From the NCBI GenBank assembly GCA_964016885.1, contig OZ024748.1, forward strand, positions 19,592,001-19,656,000: a stretch of DNA of 64,000 bases, read 5' to 3'. The translations under genes were made by a program, and so were the position numbers. Under the pieces are notes generated by a model. It saw nothing but the letters and a program-made list of their open reading frames with translations, searched no databases and had not been told where the DNA came from. Positions 12,822 through 26,839 of the stretch are shown here, in pieces. The stretch's first letter is position 1; each line of letters opens with the position of its first letter. Origin of the DNA: Eledone cirrhosa (Eukaryota).

Positions 12822-13086
12822 TTCTTCTTCTTCTTCTTCTTCTTCTTCTTCTTCTTCTTCTTCTTCTTCTTCTTCTTCTTCTTCTTCTTCTTCTTCTTCT
12901 TCTTCTTCTTCTTCTTCTCACACAACCCTCTTTAACTGTCATTTCATATCCCGACCTCCAGCCACCTCCCTCCACCTCTCACCACTCCTCCAAACTCTAA
13001 TATATAACATTATCGATATGATAGATGTTCTATTATATTTGCTTACCAAATTGACAATTGTCTTTCTTTAATGTTTTCCCGCTTCC

Positions 13087-13183
<97 letters not shown>

Positions 13184-13340
13184 AAGAAGAAGAAGAAGAA
13201 GAAGAAGAAGAAGAAGAAGAAGAAGAAGAAGAAGAAGAAGACGAAGTAATAGTAGTAGTAGTGGTAGAAGAAGAAGAAGAAGAAGAAGAAGAAGAAGAAG
13301 AAGAAGAAGAAGAAGAAGAAGAAGAAGAAGAAGAAGAAGC
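12769..13340. repeat. (CAT)n, (CTT)n, (GAA)n and (TAG)n trinucleotide tracts
   Basis: Direct inspection. Confidence 0.9.
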
Positions 13341-13829
13341 TTATTGTTACATCCCATCTCATTAACTGAACGATGTATGGAATAAAAACAACAACAACAA
13401 CAACCACACCAACAAAAACACTAATACTACTACTACTAATAGTACCTAATAATAATATAATAGGTTAATGGCTTACACAGATTTATTGCCAAATAGTGAT
13501 GCAATGACAGTAGGTTTTGAAAATTGTTTTCATAAAACCATTTTAATCAATTTACGATTTCATCGTTTCTCCTATTGCGTCATCGTTTGTTGTTATCGCC
13601 ATTTTGTTTCTCTCTATATTCTGTGCGGTTTTTGTTGAAACGTATCTTTAATTGGAAGAAACGTGTCAACCATTGACCTGAAACTCTCTAATTAAGGATC
13701 ACTAACTCACTACTTGACATTTGTAAGGGAACTGGACTGAATTGAACTGTGCCACTGACTGTGTCACTGAGATAATTGAAGAAAAATGAATATATCAGTT
13801 TGGATGGGAATGGGTGTGAATGGGTGTGT

Positions 13830-14355
13830 CTGTTGTATGTGGTTGAGTGTGTGTTGTGTGTGAGTGTGTTGTGTTGCATTGCGTTGTGTGTGTGTATGTG
13901 TTGTGTGTGTGTGAGAGGGTGTGTTGTGAGTGTGTTGTGTGTGTGCGTACGTGAGGTTTTTGTGTGTGAGAGAGAGTGAGCGTGTTGTGTGCGTGTGTGT
14001 GCATGCGTGAGTGTGTTGTGTGTGTGTGCGTGCGAGTTGTGTGTGCGAGAGAGAGAGTGAGTGTGTTATGTGTGTGTGTGTGTACGTGTGTGCGTGAGTG
14101 TGTTGTGCGTATGTGCGTGCGTGTTGTGTATGTGAGGAGAGTGAGTGTGTGGTGTGTGTTGCGTGTGCGTTGTGTATGTGTGTGTTTTGCGTGTGTGTGT
14201 TTTGCGTGTCTGTGTTGCGTGTGCGTTGTGTGTGTTGTGTGTGTGTAAGTGTGTTGGGCGTGAGTGAGTGTGTTGTCTGTGTGTGAGTGTATTGTGCGTG
14301 CTTGAGTGTATTGTCCGTGCGTGTGTTGTTAATGTATGATGTGTGTGTGGGGGGG

Positions 14356-14402
<47 letters not shown>

Positions 14403-14405
14403 TGC
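13830..14405. repeat. Degenerate (GT)n low-complexity tract
   Basis: Direct inspection. Confidence 0.9.
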
Positions 14406-15891
14406 TTGATGGGTAAGTGTCTTGTAGCGAATTTCCAGAGTCATTAGAATGTCGGATAGAATTATTTGCCCTAGTCAATCCGGTTCTCCATGTTCTGAGT
14501 TCAACTACCGCCGAGGTCAACGTTTTATTTCACCATTCCGAAGTCAGTAAATAAAGAATCAATAAGCCATTGAATCGATATTTCATTCAATATCCTTTCT
14601 TTGCTTTATCTGGAAGAAATCGGCTGAGTTCCAACCTGGACAGAGATAGGTTCCACCGGTTTTAAATACATTCACAGTTCCACCAGTTGTTAAAGACCTT
14701 TATACATACATTTCCTTGCATTGAAAGTGTTTTGTATGTTAGCCTCGGCCAAATCTAACCTTAACTCTATCTCGCTTAGAAGAATTTGCTTGATTCAAAC
14801 TGAAGAACTCCGTCGTATATATAATGAATATTTTTATACGTAAATTAGCATCTACTGGAAAATCTGATACAAAACCGCCACTGTAATAGTACCAACATTT
14901 CTAAACCCCACCCCCTCCTGTGGATGTGAGACCAGGTTTTCCAATAGCATTGGTGCTATTTATTGTCGATGCTCCCCGACCGTCAGTGACGAGGATGACA
15001 AGAGACAGGAACACTCGAATAGATTAAAGTTCAAAGGCTCATATTTCCGAAAAAAAAAAAATGAAAAGACGTCTAGATGCAATGGATGTAAATACATTTA
15101 ACAAACACATTAATAGATTAAAGTTATATTTAACAATCACCTGGATAGTTATATTTAAGAAACTCTTAGAAAGATTAAAATTTAAAGTCCCATATTTCCG
15201 AAAAAAAAAAAAAAAACTTGAGAAGAGGTTTACATGCAATGGATGAAAATATATTTAACAAAATCCTGAATGTTTTACAATGCGAGATATCTGCTGAACC
15301 ATTAGTTTATGAAATACAAAATGGTGGCAGTAGTATCAAACGCCCTCATTCAGTAAATATCAACATCAGAAGGAGAACTATAGAAACAATAGCAGCAGCA
15401 ATGCTGTAGCCTTAGCATGGCCACAGCCCGAGTAATAAAGTAAAAAAGTAAAAACTCTATGCTTAAAATGAATTGGAAAATCTTATATGAATGTGCTGTA
15501 GGATTTACAGAATATAGTTATAAAGACAATCTCAGATAAAAGGCATAGATAATACTTAAGAAACGAGAGCACGCAATGTTTGGTATAATTCTAAATATAT
15601 ATAATAGCATAACACCTTTTGATTAAAGACTGAGGAATATCTTATATGAATAAAGCAGTGGTTATTTTAACGTGCAGTTTACTGCTGCCTGTGCAGTTCT
15701 CAATATAATATTGTCCCGTAACTCCCGAAGGAGTCATAGAGGCACAGTATTGGTATACGGTGTTTTTAGGGCATATCTAAACATGGTGGAGCCGAATCCT
15801 CTCCAGGTCTGAAAACAACAGATTTCCTCTAGCGAATGAAAGAGAGAATGGAAGAATAGAAGTGAAAAGGCGATATAGAGGAAGAATCAAG

Positions 15892-16030
15892 CCCAGTAGT
15901 AGACTGGTATTTTTTTATCGACCTCGAATAGATGAAAAGCAAAGTTGACCTCGGCGTGATTTGAACGCAGAGAGCAGAAAGCTGAAACGAATACCGTAAA
16001 GAATTCTATCCGAGGTTCTAACGACTGACA
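15892..16030 (-). mobile_element. Older SINE family A-related copy
   Basis: ACTGGTATTTTTTTATCGACC..GATGAAAAGCAAAGTTGACCTCGGCG.GATTTGAAC. Confidence 0.65.
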
Positions 16031-16504
16031 ATACGCCTATAGCTAAGTTTATATTTTATGTCAAATACTACATGCTCTTACATGGTATGTGTTGGTTAAA
16101 AGACTTAAAACACTCATAAAATGTTAAAATAAATCGTCCCATTACAAATGTTTCTCAGACTCAAAGAATATCAGACAGCGGGTCATAGCACCTGCCTCAG
16201 AAATTTATTCAGTTCAAAAATTTCCTTAAAATAAACCCTGGAATAAAAAATAAAAAAAAAAATAAAAAAATAAAAAATAATACTAACAATGAAATGAATA
16301 TATAAATAATAAATAATTCTTTACGTAAACAACAAAAATAAATGAGTGAATAAATAAATAAATATATAGATAAAATAAACATCAAAGTTATTTTTAAACA
16401 AGAAAGCAGACAGCTCCGAATATGAATGTAAATTACTGCAGCAAATTGTTATTTCAGGGACTCAATATAATATAGTTCAGTGAAATGTACAATATTGTTA
16501 TTGA

Positions 16505-16551
<47 letters not shown>

Positions 16552-16688
16552 CTAGTGGTAGTAGTAGTTGTAATGGTGGAGGTGGAAATAGTAGTAGTAG
16601 TATTAGTAGTTGTAGTAGTAGTAACAGTAGCAGCGGCAATATTTAATCAAATATTTATAACGGGTGTGTAAGTGCACATATCTTTATA

Positions 16689-17204
16689 TATATCAACTAG
16701 AAATTGATTGACATATATATATCTAAAATAAACATATGAAACAATCACAGGGAATAATTTGTAAAAGTGTGTAAGCACACATGGCTAGGTAGGTAACTAA
16801 TTAATTTTTAACTATAACTTTAAATATAGATACCTTATAAATTGATTAATCTTCCTTGTATATATTTCATTAAAGAAATATATTTCACCATCAATCGATC
16901 GGTAAACCACAGTAGCCAAATTCCGGATCTTCAACAAGGGAGAAGATTTAACTATCTGTGTTTACACAGCAAATTCAAATCTGCGAATGACTAGCAGCAC
17001 GTGTTGCATTTTTTTTAAATACACACATCGTACCAGCTTCATTAATCAATTTATAAGGTATCTATATTTAAAGTTCTAGTTAAACTTTAATTAGTTACCT
17101 ACATAGCTATGTGTGCTTACATACTTTTACAAATTATTCCCTGTGATTGTTTCATATGTTTATTTTAGATAGATATATATGTCAATCAATTTCTAGTTGA
17201 TATA
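16689..17204. mobile_element. Fold-back element with ~160-bp inverted arms
   Basis: 16689-16850 is the reverse complement of 17041-17204 with a few mismatches. Confidence 0.85.
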
Positions 17205-17330
17205 AAATGCTCGGATCTATTCATTGGAATCTTGGAACATATTCTACAGTGGATATGGCGCATGTCTCTCTGACATGACACGCTTTATTTAATTTTGGAT
17301 ATATATCTTTATATATACATATATATATAC

Positions 17331-17412
<82 letters not shown>

Positions 17413-17462
17413 GTATGTATATATATGTGCGTGTGCGCGTGTGTGTGTATATGTGTGTGTGT

Positions 17463-17561
17463 GTTTGTGTGCGTGTGTGTGTGTGTCAGCACGTATGTGT
17501 GAATGTGTGTGAATTAATACACATTAACAAACAGGTGCGTAAACACAAACACACACACACT

Positions 17562-17610
<49 letters not shown>

Positions 17611-17800
17611 GTGTATAAGATATACAACACTTTCTACCAGTTTGTGTGCGTGTGTGTGTGTGTCAGCACGTATGTGTGAATGTGTGTGAATTAATATACA
17701 TTAACAAACAGGTGCGTAAACACAAACACACACACGCACACACACACACATATATATATATATATACACATGTATAAGATGTACAACACTTTGTACCATA
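17463..17800 (+). repeat. ~177-bp direct tandem duplication
   Basis: GTCAGCACGTATGTGTGAATGTGTGTGAATTAATA.ACATTAACAAACAGGTGCGTAAACAC occurs twice. Confidence 0.85.
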
Positions 17801-17924
17801 CGTACATATGTAAAATATGCTATATTTAAAACATTTTTCTATATTAAATGTTTTATGTAAAACTATAAAATTTGAAAATATCGACACGAATATGTGTTGT
17901 GTATGTTGTAGTGTCACGATTGTT

Positions 17925-18608
17925 GCAGATGTTATTGTTGTTGTTCTTATTGTTGTCGTTGGTGGTGATGATGGGTAGTCTAGATGTACTTTTTATTGTT
18001 GTATCATTCTTATTGTTTGTTTTTTGTTTTGTTTTGGGTCTGGCTGTTGTTGCTGTTGTTGTTGTTGTTGTTGTTGTCGTCGTTGTTATTGTTGGTCGGG
18101 TTGTTGTTGTTTTCGCTGTTGTTGTTGCTCTTGTTGTTTTCGTTGTTGTTCATGCTGCTGTTATTGCTGTTGTTGTTGCTCTTGTTGTTTTCGTTGTTGT
18201 TCATGCTGCTGTTATTGCTGTTGTTGTTGCTGTTGCTGTTGCTGTTGCTGTTGTTGCTGTTGTTGTTGTTGGTTAGGTCGTCGTTGTTGTTATTGTTATT
18301 TTCACTATTGTTGTTGGTCGGTTGTTGGTGATGTTGTTACTGTTGTCGTTGTTGTTGTTGTTGTCGTCGTCGTTGTTGTCGTTGTTGTTGTTGTTGTATA
18401 CAGAAGATGAATAGATTTTTCGAATGAATGGGTGGAGTGCCAAATGAATCGTTTATTCTGTTATTTTTAGTTTCTAACACCACCTGACTTTGTCTCTTTT
18501 CATTCATTGCTTCCCCTCCTTCTCCTTATTCTAGCCAACACGACGACGACGACGACGACCACCACCACCACCATTACCACCATCATCATCATCATCACCA
18601 TCATCATT

Positions 18609-18657
<49 letters not shown>

Positions 18658-18706
18658 CCATCATCACCGTCACCATCACCATCATCATCATCATCATCAT
18701 CATTAC

Positions 18707-18744
<38 letters not shown>

Positions 18745-19212
18745 CCATCCTCACCGTCACCATCACCATCATCATCCTCACCAGCATCATCATCGTCACC
18801 ATCACCGTCTTCATCAGCATCATCATCATCGACATCATCATCATCATCCATCATCATTCACCATCATCGTCATCGCCATCATCATCCATCATCACCACCA
18901 CCATCATCATCACCATCATCAGTATCATCATCATCATGGTCATCATCATCATTATCATCATCAAAAAACAGCAGCATCTTTCTCCACGTCGTCATCTCCC
19001 TCTACCACTCTACCCCCTCCACATACACCACCACATCTGCCTCTTACATCTAGTCTACTTCGTATTTTTGCCTTCTTCTGTTATTCAGTCTTCCTCCCTT
19101 CCTTCCTTCCTTCCTTCATTCCTTCCTATCTCCCTCCCTTCCTTCCTTCCTTCCTTCCTTCCTTCCTTCCTTCCTTCCTTCCTTCCTTCCTTCCTTCCTT
19201 CCTTCCTTCCTT
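17925..19212. repeat. (GTT)n, (CAT)n and (CCTT)n tracts
   Basis: Direct inspection. Confidence 0.9.
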
Positions 19213-19393
19213 ACCACCTCAAGTCAGTCTTCAACTGTTCCTATCTATGTCACCATTGGTTCTATGTAAACTTACAAGGTAAAATGAAGTGAAGAGAATG
19301 TGAAATATCAGGAGATTGCAACTTAAATGTTTCGCAGTGATATTGCCTCTATACCATTGAAACGATCGTATGGAATGACACAAATAAATACAG

Positions 19394-19421
<28 letters not shown>

Positions 19422-19424
<3 letters not shown>

Positions 19425-19589
19425 CGGAAGAAATGTGGTAAGGAACCAGGTGGACCATAACGCACCAAAGTACTCAATACTTAGGGTAGTAGAGTGGGTA
19501 ATAGGAACGAGTAGGACCCTGACGGCTGAGCTCAAGCCGTTTCGTCGAAACGGCTTGAGCTCAGCCGTCGGGGTCCTACTCGTTCCTAT
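19422..19589 (-). mobile_element. Palindrome+tail element (family P) in (TA)n
   Basis: Palindrome 19501-19589 plus a tail homologous to 31175-31252. Confidence 0.85.
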
Positions 19590-19592
19590 ATA

Positions 19593-19653
<61 letters not shown>

Positions 19654-19744
19654 GTGTATGTGTGTGATTGTGTGTGTGGTGAATTTGGATATGCATATGT
19701 TTACATGCATAGAGCTATACATATAAACTGACACACACACAATG

Positions 19745-19791
<47 letters not shown>

Positions 19792-19863
19792 TGTTATATT
19801 TGGGCGGGGAAGGGTCATAGTGTTATAATATTGCCATTTCATATCAAGAACCTTGCAAAACAA

Positions 19864-19908
<45 letters not shown>

Positions 19909-20011
19909 GTGTGGATTTTGTATATCTAAGGATTTACGGTAGGTTTAATAACTAAACATCTTGACACCCTAGCTATAAATTGAAAGGCTGGCGGCCAGCA
20001 CCGTCTAGCGG

Positions 20012-20100
20012 ATTCTAGCAGAAACAGAAGATAACTGTCTATGCATTTCGAGCTCTGACATTCATCAGCACAGTGCTTCTCCTGGCTCTCTGCTGGAATT
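20012..20100 (-). ncRNA. Decayed minimal type I hammerhead ribozyme
   Basis: Minus strand ACTGTG-CTGATGA-atgtcagagctc-GAAA-TGCA-TA-GACAGT; palindromic stem III ATGCAT; mismatches at the bases of stems I and II. Confidence 0.5.
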
Positions 20101-20700
20101 TGAAACAGGCGAAAACATATAGCTCTTTAACTCGTGTATGTGGGCTGATTAGCCACATTTACATAAGCAACTGCGCATCCGCCAAAGTGCCTTCGAATCA
20201 CACACATGTCTTAAATGGAGAATAAAGCATTGAATTATTTCAACATTGTTAAATTATAGTATTAACAATATATATGGCTTGTTTATATCTGTAACTTTGT
20301 GGCATCTGTAGCATCTGTAGCATCTATAGCATCAAATATCTGCCTGCTGTGACCTAGCATGAAGTTAAATAACAACTGCAGCAATAGCAACAACAATAAC
20401 ATGTGCCCATCCTCCATTTCACAGTGAAAACCTTCCTTCCGTTTTATAAATAATTTACTTTTATAAATACGGACATGGACACACACACCTACACACACAC
20501 ACACACACACATACACACTCACAAACAAACACACATACATACACACATACACACTTCCACATACACACATAGGCGCGCACACACACACACTCTTATACAC
20601 ATACAGACACACACGCAGATATAAACACATATAGACCCACACATACATATGTATATATATATATATATACAATGCTTATGTTTATTTGTCTGCCTGTCCG

Positions 20701-20756
<56 letters not shown>

Positions 20757-20916
20757 GGCGTGTGTGTAAGTATGTATGAAATTATATATTATTTATATAT
20801 GTATCTATTTATATATGTATATGTGTTTGTATGCATGTATGCATATATGTATGTGTGTATGTTATGTATGTATGTATGTATGCATCCATCCACTTATGTA
20901 TGTATGTATATGCAAT

Positions 20917-20949
<33 letters not shown>

Positions 20950-20997
20950 AATTCATGCGTGGGCGTGTATTTATTTGTCCGCCTTTCTCTGTGTCCA

Positions 20998-21052
<55 letters not shown>

Positions 21053-21293
21053 GTGTCTGTAAATGTGTGTGTGTGTGTGTAAATGTGTATGTGTGTTCTT
21101 TGTGTAAATGTGTATGCGTTACTGGGTGTAATGTAGATTTCATTACAATTGATATTGTAAAGTAGGGCAGCTTCATATAAATATTTACTCATAAATGTTG
21201 AAATGAAGGGAACACAAGGAAGCTGGTCCCTGAGAAATACATTGAAAATGAAAGATATCTTATACGACTATATATTTGCATAAGTGTAGGTAT

Positions 21294-21830
21294 AAGGCAT
21301 AGTGTATAGAGCGTTGAATTTACAGTCGTGAGGTTGTGAGTTCGATTCCCGGACAAGGCTTTGTGCTGTGTTCTTGAGCAAGACAGTATAGTTCACATTG
21401 GTCCTTGCATATGTGAAGGCTCACGGCATAGTGGTTAGGGCGTTGGGTTCTAAGTTATGAGGTTGTGAGTTCAATTCCCTAACTGGGCGGTGTGTTGTGT
21501 TCATGCGCAAGCCAATATAGCTTTTGAATGCTCCTCCTTACGCATTGGAAGGTCTGCGGCTTTGTTGATAGAGAGTTAAGTCAACAATCGTGAGGTTGTG
21601 AATTCGACCCCTGGACCGGGTGATGCGTAGTGTTCTTCATCACGTTGCTCCTTACATATATGAAGGCGTGTAGCTTAATGGTTATAGTGCTGGGTTCAGA
21701 ATCGTGAGGGTGTGAGTTCGATTCCCGGACAAGGCATTGCGTTCTGTACTTGAGTAAGAGGCTATATATTTCACGTTACTCCAGTCTCTTCAGCTGTAGA
21801 AATGAGTTGCGACCTCATTGGTACCACGTT
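21294..21830 (+). mobile_element. Four tandem tRNA-derived SINE family B heads (CORE-like)
   Basis: GGC..AGTGGTTAG A-box, GAGTTCGATTCCC B-box, then GTGTTCTTGAGCAAGAC..TTTCACGTT. Confidence 0.8.
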
Positions 21831-22639
21831 GTATTGGATTTTGCCTCTCCCTTCTTGGACCTCATAGTTGGTGTGGGGGAGAGAGACAAGTATGTTTGGG
21901 CTAGTGCTGCTCTTCCTTATGTACAGGTTTCTGATTTATGTATAAGTCTGTATTACCTATTTATTTTATATTCTGTTTTTGCTGAATTATTTATCCATTT
22001 TTCTACATACTCAGAGTAGAAAAGGGTTTCAAGGAATCCTTGGAGGGGTTGATGAAGGCCTTAATAAATTGGGGACACCTTGAACTTATGACTCACAAAT
22101 AATTGTCAAATTTTGATGTTAAACCTGGCGATGTTTTTATGTCTACCAATTTCAGTTAGTAAGGAAGTTGAGTTGTTAAATTGCTAAGCACATCTGAACA
22201 TAATTATTGCTGGCATGGTACTGCAAATGGAGGATTAATGAATTTTGTATATGAAATATGCTGCATATATTATGTTGTAAACGTTAATGACGTGGAGAAA
22301 ATTACAATGTGGAGAAAATTTCAGTGTTCTGTCTTTTGGTAAAAATAAATCTTTCCGTCTGTAATTACTTTAGGTTCAGCATACGGTCTCAGATCAATTT
22401 ACATGACAAACAAATAGCAACTCCGAGATTCTATGTAATATATATACAAAACATTATGCTGAAAATACAATTTAAAATAATTTTGAGCAAACTAATGCTG
22501 TCGTCAGTATCTTGTATGTTGATAAAACACGTGTTCAGAGCAGCCAGATTTTGAGTTCAACTTGAACACTGGAAAATATCCGTTAGAATATCAATTTGTA
22601 AAACACATAAAGTCCACACAATGGGGTCTCGGCATACGC

Positions 22640-23088
22640 AACCATTGGAGTAACGTTACTCGATAAAGTATGTAGCTCGGAGATCAGAAATTCACTCCAG
22701 GTAGAGCAGCTTCTTCTCCGAATTGAGAGATCACAGCTCCAATACTATGGGCATGTGGTTAGAATCTCTCAGAAAAGAATCGCTGGACAAATATTATGGG
22801 AAAAGCAACCGACAGGAGATAGAGCCCGAGCAAGATGGTTGGATAACATGCAAGAGCTCGGCTGGTCACGCTTAGGGATCCAGCTGTATCATTTTGAAGC
22901 GGTTGCTTCTGACAGGACCCGCTGGAAAGAGTGTTTGAGGACTCTGCCTCCACGACCTTCTAATGAATAAGTGGGCGAAGAAGAAGAAGAAGAAGAAGAA
23001 GAAGAAGAAGAAGAAGAAGAAGAAGAAGAAGAAGAAGAAGAAGAAGAAGAAGAAGAAGAAGAAGAAGAAGAAGAAGAAGAAGAAGAAG
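22640..23088 (+). mobile_element. RTE (Expander/Rex3-like) 3' fragment with (GAA)n tail
   Basis: IGVTLLDKVCSSEIRNSLQVEQLLLRIERSQLQYYGHVVRI..ARWLD..DRTRW..LPPRPSNE* (stop at 22970); (GAA)n 22978-23088. Confidence 0.8.
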
Positions 23089-23618
23089 ACATTTAAAGTC
23101 CTCTTGTACTCTCACGAATATCAGATGAAAAACTCATAAAAAGATAATTTATTTTCTAAAATTAATTGCCTCCAACCACTGGCAGTCGATCACACATCAT
23201 GTATATATACATGAACTGTGAAACAAAAGTACAAAATGTATTTGGTGTTGTGAAAGATAAATGTTAAAGCAGGTAGTCACACCTTTTGACTAACGAGAAA
23301 TATGTGATAACTAGCTAATACCTGCTTTATAAAATATGCAAATCTGACTGTAAGCTATTGTGAAAAGGTGGGAATATCAGTTCGTGGAATTGGAAGTTGG
23401 AAAAAAATTTACTTTCAGTATCACTATCTGTTCATTTGTCTGCGGCAGAACATATGGTGGAAAATGTCTCGGGGTTACTTAACGATAAAAATGATTTTAT
23501 CTTGGAAATATCTGAAACACCATCTACAGATTTTAAAAACACAGCAAACCTGTTTAAAAATCCTTCAAAGATGCCCTCAGTAATGCCGGCAATAGCGTGG
23601 AATATATTTTAATTGATT

Positions 23619-23890
23619 GAGGCGCGTGGTCTAATGGTAAGGAAGTGTGTTAGACATACGATCATGATATGAGTTCAATTTCTGGACTGGATTTCGTGTT
23701 GTGTTCTTGAACAAAATATTTCATTTCATGTTGCTGCAGTATACTCACCTGAAAAGGAGCTCCAGATATACCTGGGGGATTTAACCCAGCGATGGACTGG
23801 TGTCCTGTCCTGGGGAATTTTAACATGGACAAGTCGTGAATCTGTTGGACTTACGATCATGATGTCATTGATTCGATTCCTGGGGTCGAT
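23619..23890 (+). mobile_element. Degenerate SINE family B copies
   Basis: GAGGCGCGTGGTCTAATGGTAA..GAGTTCAATTTC..GTGTTCTTGAACAA. Confidence 0.6.
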
Positions 23891-24422
23891 TGTATTTTTT
23901 TTCTCAACTCAAATTAAGTGCTAGGTACTTCCCCTTTACTGCCATGGTTTACTAGGTCTATACGGACGTTTAAATTGATTAAATAACTATATAATATAAG
24001 TAATATGAATAAATATAAAGTAAACGTATTAACCATGCAGTCATCCATGCGTTAATCTCTGTTAGTGACACTCTATAAGCTAGATAATAGAGATCCAACA
24101 ATGCTGCTTTATATATCATAACCATGCACTGAAATAGGGAGAGGGAAGGTTTCATGGACGTCAAATACTTTATTACGTTAAACCAAGCAGACATAAATTG
24201 AAGATGGAGATCGGTTGCAGCTGCAGATATTCAAAGGATATATATTACAGGTTAATTAGACATAATTACATACATATATCATCCATTACTATATATTAAA
24301 CATGTGAACAGTAAAATGTAAAACTATAAAATTACCATAATTCAGCATTTAATATGATATGGAAAAGAAAACAAATTAATAAAAAAAAGTAAATCCATAA
24401 GGGGATATTTCCTCTATTTGTT

Positions 24423-24510
<88 letters not shown>

Positions 24511-24560
24511 TATATATATATATGTATACATAATCAGGACATGTTATATATGAATGAATG

Positions 24561-24616
<56 letters not shown>

Positions 24617-24812
24617 TGTGTGTTTATATAGATTTCGTTTGCTCCTTATTTATATTTGTGTAGGTGAGTTGAAGTAAACATACATGCTTATTTATATACA
24701 TCGTTGTATCCGTAGGAGGGCACATGTCAGGCATATACGTAAACATATAGAATATGCATATATATATATATATATATATATTTCTATATATATATATATT
24801 TCTATACATATG

Positions 24813-24877
<65 letters not shown>

Positions 24878-25380
24878 ATATAAAAATATATAAGTGTATA
24901 TATATATATGTATGTATATACATGTATACATATACGTACATATATATATACGTATATATGTCTGTGTATATATACATATACCAATACATATACATGGCTC
25001 AAAATACGTATGTATTATATCAGAACGCATGTTTGTACACGCATGCATAAATATATATATATATATATTCATGTATATATGTATTTAAATATACATATTA
25101 GCATGTACATGTGTGCATATGTGTCTTTATGAATGTATGTGTGTGTTTATCTGCGCATGTGAGTGTCTGTGTGTATATGCGTGTAGCTGTATGTATGTGT
25201 GTGTGTAGTTATGTGTATGTGTCTGCACATATGCATATTTATTGTTATTTGTTTAGGTGTTTCCTTTGCAAGCAATAAGTTGAAAATTACTAACATAGAA
25301 CGACTCTTTTGTTGGGAGGGAGATAATTTCAAGCTGTATTTATATAATTATGTATACAGGTGTGCATATATACATCTCTC

Positions 25381-25501
<121 letters not shown>

Positions 25502-25640
25502 CCATCCCACTCCCCACCCTCTCCTACCACTTGTAGAGACCTATAAATACCATATTTATTTTTTCATACCCAGATTCCTGATGATTTCTAATGAATGAAA
25601 CAGTTCTAGTCCTGTAGAATCTCATCTATATTAAAACTGT

Positions 25641-25705
25641 TATACTCTGCTATGTATTGAGTACCTTACTTACTGTGGTTACCTCCGATTCAACCCGGAA
25701 TAACG

Positions 25706-25706
<1 letters not shown>
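25641..25706 (+). mobile_element. 66-bp (TA)n-associated element, identical to reverse complement of 60281-60346
   Basis: Exact match by inspection. Confidence 0.85.
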
Positions 25707-25750
<44 letters not shown>

Positions 25751-25780
25751 TTATATATACATATATATATATGTATATAA

Positions 25781-25921
<141 letters not shown>

Positions 25922-26019
25922 CACACATATACATATACATATATATATATAACTACTATATGCTACCCTTACTGAAAAAAGTCTTGGATTTCGCCAGGAG
26001 AAAACTATATATATATATA

Positions 26020-26450
26020 TTTATAAAACGACAAAAGAAGGCCGGAGATGTGCTTTAAAATCTTAATTTCGTGAAATCACTATAGATATTTCAATGACCC
26101 AGCTTCATCATCCAATTATGATGCAAGACAGGACGATCTCATCAGGTAACTTCGTATAGAGATTTCACGGAATTAAAATTTGACCCTTTAGCATTCATAT
26201 TACCCTCTATATACTTTTGTATTTTTGTAGTAAAGGCTTTACCTCACATAATTATCTCATATAATATCGAATCTATGAGATTTTGATATTATTTAATTTC
26301 AGAATAATACCTTAACGCCGGTATCAATAGCCGGTTACAACCGGTTTAAACAGAAAGAGGTGAGAAATTCTGGCCGGATATGGCTGGTTTAAATGCTACA
26401 GAGTTAAAGCATATCTTACAGTCCGGCCTTCTGTTGTCGTTTAATAAATA
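26020..26450. mobile_element. Fold-back element interrupted by a MITE
   Basis: AAACGACAAAAGAAGGCCGGA..GATGTGCTTTAA and TTAATTTCGTGAAATC.CTATA pair with 26404-26445 and 26155-26180. Confidence 0.7.
26184..26403. mobile_element. piggyBac-like MITE
   Basis: TIRs CCCTTTAGCATT / AATGCTACAGAG flanked by TTGA / TTAA; removal approximately restores the host palindrome arm. Confidence 0.6.
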
Positions 26451-26597
26451 GTTTACTCCGTTCTTGCGGAACCACTGGATATCATAACTACGATGGATGA
26501 CTTACATAACGTTGAGTGCTTTGTTTGATTTGTTACATCATGATTTGCCTACCAGAACCACTAGTTCTACCCTTAAGTGATCAAAATAACTGAAATC

Positions 26598-26673
<76 letters not shown>

Positions 26674-26839
26674 ACACCCCAACTCTCAAGCGTGAACCTA
26701 ACACCAACACTGTTCGTACTGCACTCCTTTTTTGTTACTTCTTTGCCAATATATATATATATATATATTTTAATAAGGTAATGAATTCTTTTACAATGGA
26801 ATCAGCTCGAATGAGGAAAAATATATCCCCTGAGCAGTG

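Noticed and set aside
21294-21830. tRNA gene cluster
   Set aside because: A/B boxes are present but cloverleaf stems are degenerate and heads run into a SINE body
23368-23612. Two overlapping 71-aa ORFs in non-repetitive DNA
   Set aside because: No recognisable motif or clear splice signals; length expected by chance
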